Assembly (NCBI GenBank): GCA_963706025.1
Contig: CAVPLM010000005.1
Coordinates: 896,001 to 960,000 of the forward strand
Reading direction: 5' to 3'
DNA from: an uncultured Actinomycetes bacterium
GTDB lineage: Bacteria > Actinomycetota > Thermoleophilia > RBG-16-64-13
DNA length: 64,000 nucleotides
The notes below the pieces were generated by a model. The model ran no database searches. It saw only the letters and a list, made by a program, of their open reading frames with translations, and was not told the DNA's origin. Shown here one piece after another: positions 11,140-21,294 of this stretch. A program made the translations under genes and the position numbers. Every line of letters starts with the position of its first letter. Within the stretch, counting starts at the first letter, position 1.

Positions 11140-11153
11140 CGAACATTTGTTCG
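11140..11153. promoter_or_regulatory. LexA (SOS) box 1, between -35 and -10 of the dnaE2 promoter
   Basis: CGAACATTTGTTCG fits CGAAC-N4-GTTCG, extends to a 10-bp-arm palindrome (11136-11157), and lies within TTGTTA(11132)-N18-TATAAT(11156). Confidence 0.9.
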
Positions 11154-11173
11154 TATATAATCACGCTCTCAAC

Positions 11174-11187
11174 AGAACGTATGTTCG
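11174..11187. promoter_or_regulatory. LexA (SOS) box 2
   Basis: AGAACGTATGTTCG just downstream of the predicted -10. Confidence 0.85.
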
Positions 11188-11249
11188 AAAAACCGACCAG
11201 ATCTTGATTGGATTCTTTTCATATTTATAAAAATGCAACATCTATTGCA

Positions 11250-14200
11250 ATGACACAGACCGACCCCCCATCCGGCAGCGGTCACGCCGGCGGCCGTCCA
11301 CCCAGCTCGAACGGAGGCCCGGAGGGCATGCCGCTCCAACGGTTCAACGTGCAGGGGATCCCGCCCAGTCACGACTACATCCGGCGGCCCGACACCGACC
11401 CCAAAGATGGCTGGGCCCGCGGACCCGCTGATCCCGGTCCTGCCCCCCGGCCTGGTCCCGTTCTTCAGCCGGGCGAGGCATCCACCCCGGCGGGTGAACG
11501 ATCCACTCCGGCAGACCCCGGCTCTGCCCGATCGGAGGCGCCGGGAGTACCTCCCTACGGCGGCATCCACAAGTTCGGCTACACCCGGCCGCTCAAGAAA
11601 CACGAGCAGCCAGCGGCCGCGGGCGCACCTGGGTCTGGCGCGACGGCCGGCACCGGCATCCCGGCTCACGCCCCGGTCGCCGCCGGCACTCCTGCTCCCG
11701 ACGCCTCCCCCGCTGTTTCGCCCGGCGTCTCTTCCTTCATCCACCTCCACGTGCACTCGAACTTCTCGTTCCTGGACGGCGGCAGCCGGATCGAGGAACT
11801 GGTCGCCCGCGCTGCTGAGTTGGGGCAGTCGGCTCTGGCCCTCACCGACCACGACGGCCTCTACGGCGCAGTCCGCTTCGCTAAAGCCTGCGCCAAGCGG
11901 GGCATCAAGCCCATCTTCGGGGCCGAGGTACGGGTGGAGTCGCTGCTCGCCGACAGCGGCCCCGAGGGAACAGTCGCGGCGCCGGCCGGCGTGGCAGGTA
12001 GCACCGCAGGCGCCGCGGCCGTGCCACATTCGCGCCCCGTCGACTCAGGCGCCGCCCCCGACGATCCTCACCATCTCGTGCTCCTCGCCGAGACCCGCGA
12101 GGGTTATGCCAACCTGTGCCGCCTCCTTTCCGCCGCCCATCTGGCCGATCCCGAACGCCAGCGCCCACCCGTCGTGACCCTCGAGTCGCTACGCGCTCAC
12201 ACCCACGGACTCATCTGCCTCACTGCCTGCCGTCACGGCGAGGTGGGCTACCTGGTCGACGCCGGCCGCCACGCCGACGCCCTCCACGCGCTCCTCCGCC
12301 TGCGCGAGATCTTCGGGCCCGATAACCTTTACGTAGAGCTTCAGTACTTCGGCTACGAACCTCACCAAGAGGCCCATGCCGGCCAGCACGGCTCTCCCGT
12401 GTATCAGAAGATCCCTGCCCACGGCGGCCGTCTCCGACATCGCCCCGCCGGCGATCATTGCACCAACTCGTCCGACCATCCGACGCCCAAGCCCTCGCCT
12501 CCGCCCTCCCTTCCGCCTCCCGCTCCTGGTTCAGGCCGAACGCATTCCTCAGTGCTTACCTCACCATTCCCTCTCGGTGCTACCACTGCCACCGAGTCCC
12601 ATTTTCTCCCTCTGCGCTATGATTGCATTGCAACCATAGTTGCAGAATGGCGGCCCTCTTTGCCTCCTAAATCTGTGGAAAACTCCTCGCGCCTCCCCCC
12701 GCTCGACCTCCGCCCCGATCTCCCTAAGGGCCACCCACAACGCCTCAATCCCTCGGACTATGATGTAGGGTTTCACCGAAACGGCCACCCCTGGCGTCTC
12801 TCCTGCCCCACCTACTGCCTCCACCTCACCCACCTCGCCCGCGCCTGCCACCTCCCCACCGTTCTCACCACAAACGCCCATTACGCAGGTGAATACGATC
12901 GCGCCGTCCATTTGATCTGTCGCGCCGCCGGCCACGATCAGCCTCTATCCAGCTACCCAGAGCCGATTCCCGGTTACAGGTGTTTAAAATCTTTATTCTC
13001 GCTTGAGACTTTAGTATCACCATTACTGAAGTTTCTCGATTTCTCTACTGAAGTAAGACCGGCCGCCGACGATTGCGCGGGAGTGCATATAGAACTAAAT
13101 GCAGAGACTATTGCGTATACGGAGGGCGGGCAAGAGGCCGGCACGCCCCCACCTTTAGCCGCAGCGATGTCCAGCGCAACTCCCGTGGGTCCCCTGGCAG
13201 CCCCCGCGCTCATCGCGCAGCGGTGCAACGTCGACCTCGAGCTGGGCGTCTTCCACTTCCCCAAGGTCGACGTCCCCGAGGGTGAGACCGCCTACTCGCT
13301 GCTCGCCAAGCGTTGCTTCCGAGGCATCGCCCGCCGCTACAGGCCGGTGCCCCCACGAGCCGTCGAGCTGCTCGAGAAGGAGCTCCGCATGATCCAGCAG
13401 ATGGACTTCGCCCACTACTTCCTGGTGGTGCACGATATAGTCAGGTGGGCCCACGCCAAGGGCGTGGCATGCAGCGGCCGGGGTAGCGCCGGCAACTCCA
13501 TCGTCTGCCACGCGCTCGACATCACCGCCTCCGAGCCCATCCGCCACAATCTGCTGTTCGAGCGCTTCCTCAATCCCAACCGCCGCGAGATGCCCGATAT
13601 CGACGTGGACTTCTGTTCCTCGCGCCGCGACGAGGTGATCGAGCACATCTACCAGACTTTCGGATCCGAGAACGTGGCCGTCGTGGCCAACGTCAACACC
13701 ATGTCGCCCCGCTCGGCGGTCCGTATCGTGGCCGAGGCCCTGGGCTTCGCCCCCACCGAGATCAACGCCCTGGCCAAGCACGTGCCCCGGCACGGGGACG
13801 CCGCCCGCATCCGCGAGTATCTGGCCGGCGCCTGGCCCGAACTGCGCGATTCGCCGCTGCAAGACGGCGCCCACCCTTCGCCGCTGCAGGACGGTGCTCC
13901 GCCGCAAGGCGCCCACGCCGTCGCCCCGGGGCAAGTTGGGGGGCGAAGCGCCCCGCCAGGCGCCCCGTCGCAGGGCGCTGCCCCGGGGCGCCCCGGCGGC
14001 CGCTACGCACGCTTCCTCGATCTGGTCGAGCGTCTCGACTCCTTTCCCCTGCACCTGGGCACTCACCTGGGGGGCTTCGTCATCGCCGACAGACCGATCT
14101 CTTTTTACGCCCCCCTCCAATGGGCCGCCAAAGGCGTCGTGGTCACCCAGTTCAACAAGGACGACGTCGCCGCCCTGGGCCTGGTCAAGATGGACATCCT

Positions 14201-16256
14201 CGGCCTTCGCACCCACTCGGCCGTCTCCGAGACCGTCCACCTCGTCCGGCAGCGCACCGGGCGCCGCATCCGTCCCTACGACCTCCCTCCCGACGACCCC
14301 GCCGCCTACGAGATCATCAGCAACGGGGGATCCATCGGGCTCTTCCAACTGGAGTCGGCCGGACAGCGCAACCTCGCCTCCCGCCTGCAAGAACGGGATT
14401 TCGACGACGTCATCGCCGCCATCGCCCTCTACCGTCCCGGTCCGCTGGAGGCCGAGATGATCGGGCCCTTCATCGACCGGCGCTGGGGTCTGGAGCCGGT
14501 CCGTCTCCCCCACCCCGCCATGGCCGAGGCGGTGGCCGACACCTACGGGGTCATCCTCTACCAGGAGCAGGTGCTCCGCATCGCCCAGTCGGTGGCCGGG
14601 TTCGACCTGGCCGACGCCGACTCCCTCCGCCGGGCCATGACCCGCGACCGCAGCCGGGAGGAGATGGCCAAGATCGGCGAGACCTTCATCGCCCGCGCCG
14701 TCTCCCGGGGAGTGCCGGAGGAGTCCGCCCGCGAAGTCTTCCGCCAGCTGGAGGGCTTCGCCGCCTACGGGTTCAACAAGAGCCACTCGGTGTGCTTCGC
14801 CGTCATCAGCTACGCGACGGCGTGGCTCAAGGCCTACTACCCGGCCGAGTTCCTGTGCGCCGTCCTCAACAACCAGCCCATGGGCTTCTACACCCCGCGC
14901 ACGGTGCTGAACGACGCCCGCCGCTTCGGGTTGGAGGTCCGGCCGCTGGATATCAACCTGTCGGGGCGTGGTTTCACGGTGGAGGATGAGATACCGCCTG
15001 ATGTGTGGGGCACCGGGGGTGAGTCAGACCTTCCGGGCGCGGGCGATGGGGCGACAAGTGACCCCGTGGGGGCCGTGAGAAACGTGGCGGCCACGCCTGC
15101 CGCCGGGGCGCCCGCCCCCTACGACCCCTTCGCTCAGGCCTGGACCGCCGAGCACGACTGGGGCCTCACCGAGGCCGATCTGGCCGAGCTACAGGCCGAG
15201 CAGGAAGGCGAGCAGGCCTATGCCGAGGCCCTGCGGGCGGCGCAGACACAGGTCGATGACTCTCACACGGCCGCGAACCTACATACGCCGGCTAAGGACA
15301 CCCGGTCTTCGGGGGCAAATCCTGGGGCCGTTTCGACCGGCAGCGCCGCCAACGGGGCGGCCAGTCCGGCACCAGGCGGTGAGCCGCCCCTGGACGGAGG
15401 CGTGGAGCCGGGCTCCTGCCTCGCCCCCAGTTGCGGCATCGCCCCGGATGCCGGCCGGGCCCTGCGGGTGGGGTTCTCCTACCTCAAGCAGATGGGCGAT
15501 CGCTCCCTGCACCGCATCGAGCAGGAACGCCGCCACGGCCCCTTTACATCCTTCGAGGACTTCTACCTCCGCACCCGCATCGACTACCCGGTGGCCGAAA
15601 ACCTCGTCCGGGTGGGCGCCTTCGACTCCCTGGAGCCCGACCGCACCGAACTGCTCTGGAGACTGCCTCTGCTGCACGATCGCCTGGAGGCGCTGGCCGG
15701 GTCGTCCGGAGGGAGGCGCGGCCAACTGCGGGCGTTCTTCTCCCCGCCCAGCCGCGCCGGCCTGGAGAGACACTGGAGCCTGGAGGACAAGGTCCGCTCC
15801 GAGCTCGAGCTCCTGGGGCTCACCGTGAGCTGCCATCCCTTGAAGCTCTACGAGGAGGAGCTCCGCCGGATGAGGGTGCGCATGAGCTACGAGCTCCCCG
15901 CCCTGGGAGACGAGGTGCCGGTCGTGGTGGCCGGAGTCTACGAGCGGGCCCAGAACCCCTGGATGCGCTCGGGGAAAAGGACCATGTTCCTCACCCTAGA
16001 GGACGCCTACGGCCTCTTCGAGTGCGTCTGCTTCGAGTCGAAGCTCGCCAAGATCGCTCCGGTGGTGGCCCGGGCCGGCTACTTCCTGGTCCGGGGCCGC
16101 CTGCAGAACAACCACAAGCGGGGCCTGGCCATCGTGGCCGAGGAGGTGCTGGATCTGGAGGAGGTCCTGGCGAGGAGGAGGGGCAAGCGGGCGCCGGCGC
16201 CGGAGGTTATTGCGCCGGGGGCGGGGACTACCGCGATACCGAAGAAGGTGGGGTGA
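11250..16256 (+). CDS. dnaE2: Error-prone DNA polymerase III alpha (DnaE2 type) with large insertions; start uncertain (11250 or 11328)
   Basis: PHP motifs HLHVHSNFSFLDG and ALTDHDGLYG; GRGSAGNSIVC, PDIDVDF, THLGGFVI, QFNKDD..VKMDILGL, YGFNKSHS, LNNQPMGFY; C-terminal OB fold; SOS boxes upstream. Confidence 0.9.
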   Translation: MTQTDPPSGSGHAGGRPPSSNGGPEGMPLQRFNVQGIPPSHDYIRRPDTDPKDGWARGPADPGPAPRPGPVLQPGEASTPAGERSTPADPGSARSEAPGVPPYGGIHKFGYTRPLKKHEQPAAAGAPGSGATAGTGIPAHAPVAAGTPAPDASPAVSPGVSSFIHLHVHSNFSFLDGGSRIEELVARAAELGQSALALTDHDGLYGAVRFAKACAKRGIKPIFGAEVRVESLLADSGPEGTVAAPAGVAGSTAGAAAVPHSRPVDSGAAPDDPHHLVLLAETREGYANLCRLLSAAHLADPERQRPPVVTLESLRAHTHGLICLTACRHGEVGYLVDAGRHADALHALLRLREIFGPDNLYVELQYFGYEPHQEAHAGQHGSPVYQKIPAHGGRLRHRPAGDHCTNSSDHPTPKPSPPPSLPPPAPGSGRTHSSVLTSPFPLGATTATESHFLPLRYDCIATIVAEWRPSLPPKSVENSSRLPPLDLRPDLPKGHPQRLNPSDYDVGFHRNGHPWRLSCPTYCLHLTHLARACHLPTVLTTNAHYAGEYDRAVHLICRAAGHDQPLSSYPEPIPGYRCLKSLFSLETLVSPLLKFLDFSTEVRPAADDCAGVHIELNAETIAYTEGGQEAGTPPPLAAAMSSATPVGPLAAPALIAQRCNVDLELGVFHFPKVDVPEGETAYSLLAKRCFRGIARRYRPVPPRAVELLEKELRMIQQMDFAHYFLVVHDIVRWAHAKGVACSGRGSAGNSIVCHALDITASEPIRHNLLFERFLNPNRREMPDIDVDFCSSRRDEVIEHIYQTFGSENVAVVANVNTMSPRSAVRIVAEALGFAPTEINALAKHVPRHGDAARIREYLAGAWPELRDSPLQDGAHPSPLQDGAPPQGAHAVAPGQVGGRSAPPGAPSQGAAPGRPGGRYARFLDLVERLDSFPLHLGTHLGGFVIADRPISFYAPLQWAAKGVVVTQFNKDDVAALGLVKMDILGLRTHSAVSETVHLVRQRTGRRIRPYDLPPDDPAAYEIISNGGSIGLFQLESAGQRNLASRLQERDFDDVIAAIALYRPGPLEAEMIGPFIDRRWGLEPVRLPHPAMAEAVADTYGVILYQEQVLRIAQSVAGFDLADADSLRRAMTRDRSREEMAKIGETFIARAVSRGVPEESAREVFRQLEGFAAYGFNKSHSVCFAVISYATAWLKAYYPAEFLCAVLNNQPMGFYTPRTVLNDARRFGLEVRPLDINLSGRGFTVEDEIPPDVWGTGGESDLPGAGDGATSDPVGAVRNVAATPAAGAPAPYDPFAQAWTAEHDWGLTEADLAELQAEQEGEQAYAEALRAAQTQVDDSHTAANLHTPAKDTRSSGANPGAVSTGSAANGAASPAPGGEPPLDGGVEPGSCLAPSCGIAPDAGRALRVGFSYLKQMGDRSLHRIEQERRHGPFTSFEDFYLRTRIDYPVAENLVRVGAFDSLEPDRTELLWRLPLLHDRLEALAGSSGGRRGQLRAFFSPPSRAGLERHWSLEDKVRSELELLGLTVSCHPLKLYEEELRRMRVRMSYELPALGDEVPVVVAGVYERAQNPWMRSGKRTMFLTLEDAYGLFECVCFESKLAKIAPVVARAGYFLVRGRLQNNHKRGLAIVAEEVLDLEEVLARRRGKRAPAPEVIAPGAGTTAIPKKVG
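13850..13897 (+). repeat. In-frame 27-bp tandem duplication within dnaE2 (SPLQDGAHP/SPLQDGAPP)
   Basis: ttcgccgctgcaagacggcgc recurs as ttcgccgctgcaggacggtgc 27 bp later. Confidence 0.85.
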
Positions 16257-16317
16257 GAGCCCAGAACGGTCGGAACCAATCGTCCCCGCAACCCTGGGGT
16301 GAATCGCGTCCCCTCGC

Positions 16318-17367
16318 CTAGCGATCACCCTCAGTGCCGATGAGCAAGTGCATCACGATGTGGACTAAGACGTCCTTTTCCTCGGGACGGCTCTCGGCCA
16401 TCATGAGGGTCAGAGCGACCAACGCGGCGTCTGACACGCGTGGAATAGCGTCGGGTCCGGCCAAGACGCCGTTTCGCTCCAGGAACCACAAGAAGAGGGC
16501 GGCGGCTATCCGCTTGTTGCCATCGACAAAGGGGTGGTCCTTGACGAGGAAGTAGAGCAGGTTTGCAGCCTTCTCTTCGAGACTCGGGTACAAGTCCTGG
16601 CTCCCAAAGGTCTGAACGACCGCGTTCAATGCGCCCCGAAGCGCCTCCCCTCTCTCCACGCCGAACAATCCCGAACCACCAAATCGAGAGCGTAGCCGAC
16701 CCACAACCTGTAGAGCATCACTGTGAGTGAGGACGTAGCGCACCTCGCGGACAGAGGTGGGCTTGGTGATGCGCTGATGATCGTAGTCGTCCAGGAGGCC
16801 GAAAGCGCGGTTGTACTCGCCAACGATCGCTAAGAGAGCCTGTGCCTCATCTCCGCCAAGGTCGACCCGGACAGAGGTGTCGGCGATCAGGCGCACCGTT
16901 TGGTTGAGGTCGCGCAGTCTCTTTTGGTTCAGCGTGTAGCCCCGTACGATATGGTCGCGGATGACCCCCGTAGCCCAGATGCGAAACTGTGTGCCCCGCT
17001 TTGAATTCACCCGGTAGCCGATGGAGATGATGGCATCGAGAGCGTAGAAAGCGACAGGCCGATCAGCACCAGCAATGTGCATTTTTTGCACATTGCCTTC
17101 CCGCTCCAGCTCACCTGATGCAAACACGTTGTTCAGGTGCTTGGTAATCACACTGCGCTCGGTGCCAAAAAGCTCTGACATCTGCTTCTGCGTCAGCCAG
17201 ATGTTCTCGCGCTCCAGACGAACGTCCAGAGTGACCGTCCCGTCGGGGGCGACGTAGAGTACTACTTCGCCGGCAGGCGTCCCCTTGGAGATAGCCTCGG
17301 GCTGGAGGGACGCAGCCTCTCCGATGCCTGCCGTATCTGCCCGCTCCGTCGTCCTGTCATCACCCAT
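16318..17367 (-). CDS. RhuM-family DNA-binding domain fused to Fic/Doc domain
   Basis: IWLTQKQMSELF, ITKHLNNVF..GEL, IISIGYRVNSKRGTQFRIWAT; Fic motif HPFVDGNKRIA. Confidence 0.9.
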   Translation of the reverse strand: MGDDRTTERADTAGIGEAASLQPEAISKGTPAGEVVLYVAPDGTVTLDVRLERENIWLTQKQMSELFGTERSVITKHLNNVFASGELEREGNVQKMHIAGADRPVAFYALDAIISIGYRVNSKRGTQFRIWATGVIRDHIVRGYTLNQKRLRDLNQTVRLIADTSVRVDLGGDEAQALLAIVGEYNRAFGLLDDYDHQRITKPTSVREVRYVLTHSDALQVVGRLRSRFGGSGLFGVERGEALRGALNAVVQTFGSQDLYPSLEEKAANLLYFLVKDHPFVDGNKRIAAALFLWFLERNGVLAGPDAIPRVSDAALVALTLMMAESRPEEKDVLVHIVMHLLIGTEGDR

Positions 17368-17549
17368 GGCTCTCCCCCGTTCGGTGTCCCCCGCGAAGAC
17401 GTCCGCCTCCCGATAATGCCAACTCCGACAATGCCAACTCTATAAGGGTAGCGCATGAGTCGGACGCTTCCGAACCATCATCGCAAACCGCCACGTGATG
17501 AGCATCGGACCGAAGGTGGAGATTGGCCCACAGCCTCCGCCACGGCCCC

Positions 17550-17825
17550 GGTGCTGGCCAGGAGGCGGGGGAAGCGGGCGCCGGCGCCGGCCGGGGGCGA
17601 CGGGCGATCGAGAACCGGACACCCGGAAGCCGTGCAACCGGCCAACAACCGTGAGGCACGAGTTAGTCAGAAACCCGCAGCCCCGGCGGGAGATGCCGCA
17701 GATTCCGGACGCCGTCGAGCTGCGCAGACGCCGGGAAGAGGAGACCTACGGGGAAGGCTCGGCCTCAGCCAAGAAGCGGCCGCCCGGGCGCAGGGACGAG
17801 GGCCATTCCAAGAAAGGTGGGGTGA
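17550..17825 (+). pseudogene. dnaE2 3'-end copy 2 (C-terminal tail only)
   Basis: Begins ggtgctggccaggaggcgggggaagcgggcgccggcgccgg (cf. 16163-16203) and ends ..ggtggggtga like 16256; its middle aligns to 21708-21923. Confidence 0.85.
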
Positions 17826-17870
17826 AGACTCAGGTCTTGCCCCGGAGGAGGTGAACACCGCGCTCCGTCG

Positions 17871-18242
17871 CTAGCCGCCGATGGGAAGCCGCCGAATCCT
17901 GATCCTTGAATGCTCAAAGACCACGACACTCCCTTGGGCAAGTTCCTCCGCGATCGAATCTAGATTGTTGAGAAGAAGAGCAAGCTGAGCTTCGGGGCGC
18001 CTGTTGATTCCACGCCTAAGAAGGATGACCGAAGGTTTCGGTCGGCCTAACAAGGCGAGCAGCGTGCCGAAATCAGTGTCTGCCGAAACCAGGATCCTGT
18101 CTTCTTTCTCGGCAAAGGCGAACACCTCATTGTCGCTCGCCGACTGCATACCAAAGTCGCGCACGTGAACGGAGTCATGTCCGACCAGGCTCAGACCGAC
18201 AGCGACACGAGACGAAATCGCGTTGTCCACGAGGAACTTCAG
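17871..18242 (-). CDS. DUF5615 PIN-like toxin (apparent CTG start)
   Basis: (L)[38 protein letters not shown]. Confidence 0.85.
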   Translation of the reverse strand: MKFLVDNAISSRVAVGLSLVGHDSVHVRDFGMQSASDNEVFAFAEKEDRILVSADTDFGTLLALLGRPKPSVILLRRGINRRPEAQLALLLNNLDSIAEELAQGSVVVFEHSRIRIRRLPIGG

Positions 18243-18469
18243 GAAGCCACCCGAAGCGGGAGTTCTCTCTCACGAACGCTCTCGGCCGCATAGTGAAGCG
18301 CCTGTTCAATGTCCTCGGGCTCCAAATCAGGGTAGCCATCGATGATCTCGCCGGTCGTCATACCTTCGGCCACCATATCGACCACTGTGGCCACAGGAAT
18401 CCGAAGTCCGCGTATGCAGGGCACCCCTCCCATTTGCTCGGGATCGGTGGTTATGCGTTCGAACCTCAT
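18239..18469 (-). CDS. DUF433 antitoxin
   Basis: [39 protein letters not shown]. Confidence 0.92.
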   Translation of the reverse strand: MRFERITTDPEQMGGVPCIRGLRIPVATVVDMVAEGMTTGEIIDGYPDLEPEDIEQALHYAAESVRERELPLRVAS

Positions 18470-18754
18470 CGAATGTCCACCTCCACGCATCCATGCCGAA
18501 ACTCGCTCGCTAGCCAACAGTATAGCCTGGCCCGTGAACCTCCTACCGATCGGCTCGCCACCAGCCGACTGGCAGAACGGCACCGAGTTTCGAGTACACG
18601 TCTAGGTACATCTTGGCATCGGCGCCGCGCTTGACCCTCAATTCATATGGAATGAGTACTTTGCCACGAGACCCCGGCTTGTTAGTCCGACCAAAGATGG
18701 AGCTTGGCGGATTGGACCTGACCTTGCAGCCCGATGCCCACCTAATCCCGATTG

Positions 18755-21268
18755 TCATCCCACCTCATACCCCATGGCTCGATAGCCTCGCAGCCGACGC
18801 TCGTGCATGCGGGCCAGAACCGGCACGTCAAGGTCGGCATAGTCGTAGATCAGCACCTCCGTCTTGCCTTCATCCAGACGGTGGAGACGTCCGGCGTACT
18901 GCACCAGAGTCCCCCGCCAGGAGATGGGCAGAGCAAGAAACAGGGTGTCCAGGCGGGGGTCATCGAAGCCCTCGCCCAAGTAGCGGCCGGTGGCAACCAG
19001 TACGCGCTCCTCACTCGAGGGAATGTCCACCAGCCGTGCAGCGATCTCCCGGCGACGCTTCGCTCCCATGCCCCCATGCAGCGCGATCACGTTGGTCACG
19101 TGCGGCTGGAGCGCCGCGACCAGGACCTGCAGATGCTCCCGGCGTTCGGTCAACACAACAGGGGATCGTCCGCTTCTGACCGCAGCGACCACGTCTTCCA
19201 CCATGAGACTGTTCCGACCATCGTCGGCCGCCAGCGCCGAATACAGCTCCTGGATGCCCGGGACGGCAGTCGCGGGCGCAGTGCCTGGACCCGGCTGAGG
19301 ATGAGTGAATCCGGTGCGCCGTACGATCACTCGATGCCCAAAGGGTCTCTCTTCCGCCTGCTTTCGAGGATCGACCTGGAAACGGATGGGACCGCACTGC
19401 ATGAAGAGAATGGGATGGTGGCCGTCCTTTCGCGTCGGCGTCGCGGAGAGCCCGAGCACGTAGCGCGCGTGAGCGGTCTTCGCCACTTGCTCGAACGTCC
19501 CGGCCGGTACATGGTGGCATTCATCCACGATCAGTTGCCCGTAGCCTGCCACCAACTCGTCCACCTGGCCCCGACGGCCCAGGCTCTGAAGCAGGGCCAC
19601 GTCGATCACTCCCCCGGGCCTGCGCTTGCCGGCCCCGATCTGACCGATCTGGTTGGGATCTATGCCGAGGAACGCCGCCAGCCGTGCTTTCCACTGGTCC
19701 AGTAGCTGCTGACGGTGCACCAACACCAGCGTGTTTACCTTGCGCGCCGCGATCATGTGCGCGGCGACCACCGTCTTGCCGAACGCAGTTCCCGCCGACA
19801 GAACCCCGGTGTCGTGTGCCAGCATGGTCTCTGCGGCTTCTTCCTGATCGGGACGAAGCCTGCCCTGAAACTCGACGTCGATCGATCGGCCCTGAAAACG
19901 TTCGTCCGTCAGATCCAGGTGTACGCCTAACTCGGTCAGCAGCCCCTCCAGCTCCGCAAGGCAACCGCGAGGAAGAGCGATATGCTTGGGGAAATCCTCG
20001 GCGCACCCGATGACGCGAGCATGCCCGAACACAGGCAGGTGCATGGCCTGCGCACGGTAGAACTCGGGATTCTGGAAGGCACCCAGACGGATGATCCGAT
20101 TTCTTAGGGCCGGCGATAGGTGCTCTTTGGGGATGTAGACTTGATTCGCAAGCACGACCGTCAATGATTGGGGCAGGTCGGCAAGAAGCCCCGCCTTTCC
20201 CACTCCCGGGATGCGGGCGGAGACCCTCGACAGCCGCCAGGGCTCATCCGGCCACTCCTCCTCCGGCACGACTCGCACCCCCATGATCTGGTCCCGAGCC
20301 TCGGCCTCGGCAATCAAGGCCTCTAGCCGCTCGTGTGGCACCCGTTCGCACGAAGACAGGTAGGCGAACTGATCGTCATGGGGGACGAGACGGTCGTTGA
20401 GGAAGACCGTATTCCCCTGATCCCGCGCCCGCCGTTGGAGAGGCAGGGCTATGAGGTTCCCGAAGCCACCCAGAGGCAGAGTGTCTTGGCTCGGGAACAG
20501 GCGGTCGTACGAAGCCAGACCGATTTCCGGACGCGACTCCATGGCCCGGGTCAGGAGCAACGATCCCAGCTTTCGCGCCGACGCCGCAGGAGCGGGCTCT
20601 GCAAGGAAGACCCACAGGTGAGCGCCATTCCCGGAGCGGGACCGTTCCAGGGCGCCCGATATCCCCAACTCGCGACAGGTGGCGAGCAGAGCCGCGGCGT
20701 CGTCCTGCCAGTCCGCGCCATCAAGATCGATGGCCACGAGCCAGCAGGTCTCATCAGGCAGGAGTGGATAGATACCCACGACGAACTCGCGGTCGACGCT
20801 GCTCTCCAGACAACCACGCAGATGATCGTGGAGAACTTCGGGAGTAAGCGGCAAGAAATCACGATTAGGGCACGCGGCGCAACGGGTGCGGCGCTTGTCG
20901 CACAGGCCTCTCACCCATTCGCTGCTGCACGCGGGCTGGAAACCCGAACGGTCGGAGCGTTGATTCTCCCAGCGGCGGGCATACACGTCGGTTCGTCCGC
21001 GAAAGAGGCCGGCAAAGAGGGCGACCTTCTCCGCGGCGGACGAGTGACGCGTTACAGGTCCAGGGCGCGAGAGGCTGCGCAGGGGCGCCGGAGGTGAGGC
21101 TCCGGAAGCGGTGCCGATCTCGCGAGGTGAAACTGCCCGGTCGAGGTGCGCGTCGGCCCGCAGGTTTCGGGCCCGATCCAGAAGCTCCGCCCGCTCGCGT
21201 TCAAGAGCGGTTACACGTGCCTCGATGGCCGCCAGTTCGGCGGCTTTGTCCAGGGAGGAATTGTTCAT
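18755..21268 (-). CDS. TOTE-type AEP primase domain fused to SF2 DEAD/DEAH helicase
   Basis: LFRGRTDVYARRW, GIYPLL, AIDLD, ERSRSGNGAHLW, GNLIALPLQ; helicase GTAFGKT, DECHH, GLSATP, GEGFDDPRLDTL, QYAGRLHR. Confidence 0.88.
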   Translation of the reverse strand: MNNSSLDKAAELAAIEARVTALERERAELLDRARNLRADAHLDRAVSPREIGTASGASPPAPLRSLSRPGPVTRHSSAAEKVALFAGLFRGRTDVYARRWENQRSDRSGFQPACSSEWVRGLCDKRRTRCAACPNRDFLPLTPEVLHDHLRGCLESSVDREFVVGIYPLLPDETCWLVAIDLDGADWQDDAAALLATCRELGISGALERSRSGNGAHLWVFLAEPAPAASARKLGSLLLTRAMESRPEIGLASYDRLFPSQDTLPLGGFGNLIALPLQRRARDQGNTVFLNDRLVPHDDQFAYLSSCERVPHERLEALIAEAEARDQIMGVRVVPEEEWPDEPWRLSRVSARIPGVGKAGLLADLPQSLTVVLANQVYIPKEHLSPALRNRIIRLGAFQNPEFYRAQAMHLPVFGHARVIGCAEDFPKHIALPRGCLAELEGLLTELGVHLDLTDERFQGRSIDVEFQGRLRPDQEEAAETMLAHDTGVLSAGTAFGKTVVAAHMIAARKVNTLVLVHRQQLLDQWKARLAAFLGIDPNQIGQIGAGKRRPGGVIDVALLQSLGRRGQVDELVAGYGQLIVDECHHVPAGTFEQVAKTAHARYVLGLSATPTRKDGHHPILFMQCGPIRFQVDPRKQAEERPFGHRVIVRRTGFTHPQPGPGTAPATAVPGIQELYSALAADDGRNSLMVEDVVAAVRSGRSPVVLTERREHLQVLVAALQPHVTNVIALHGGMGAKRRREIAARLVDIPSSEERVLVATGRYLGEGFDDPRLDTLFLALPISWRGTLVQYAGRLHRLDEGKTEVLIYDYADLDVPVLARMHERRLRGYRAMGYEVG

Positions 21269-21294
21269 TGACGCGCACGATAGCGCATGAGCGG

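Noticed and set aside
12350-13200. Intein or intron in dnaE2
   Set aside because: No Cys/Ser...His-Asn splice junctions or LAGLIDADG blocks; the frame is open and PHP motifs are interleaved.
18572-18687. attC-like site (GACTAAC...GTTCTGC on the minus strand)
   Set aside because: Poor internal pairing, no regular attC array and no integron integrase in the window.
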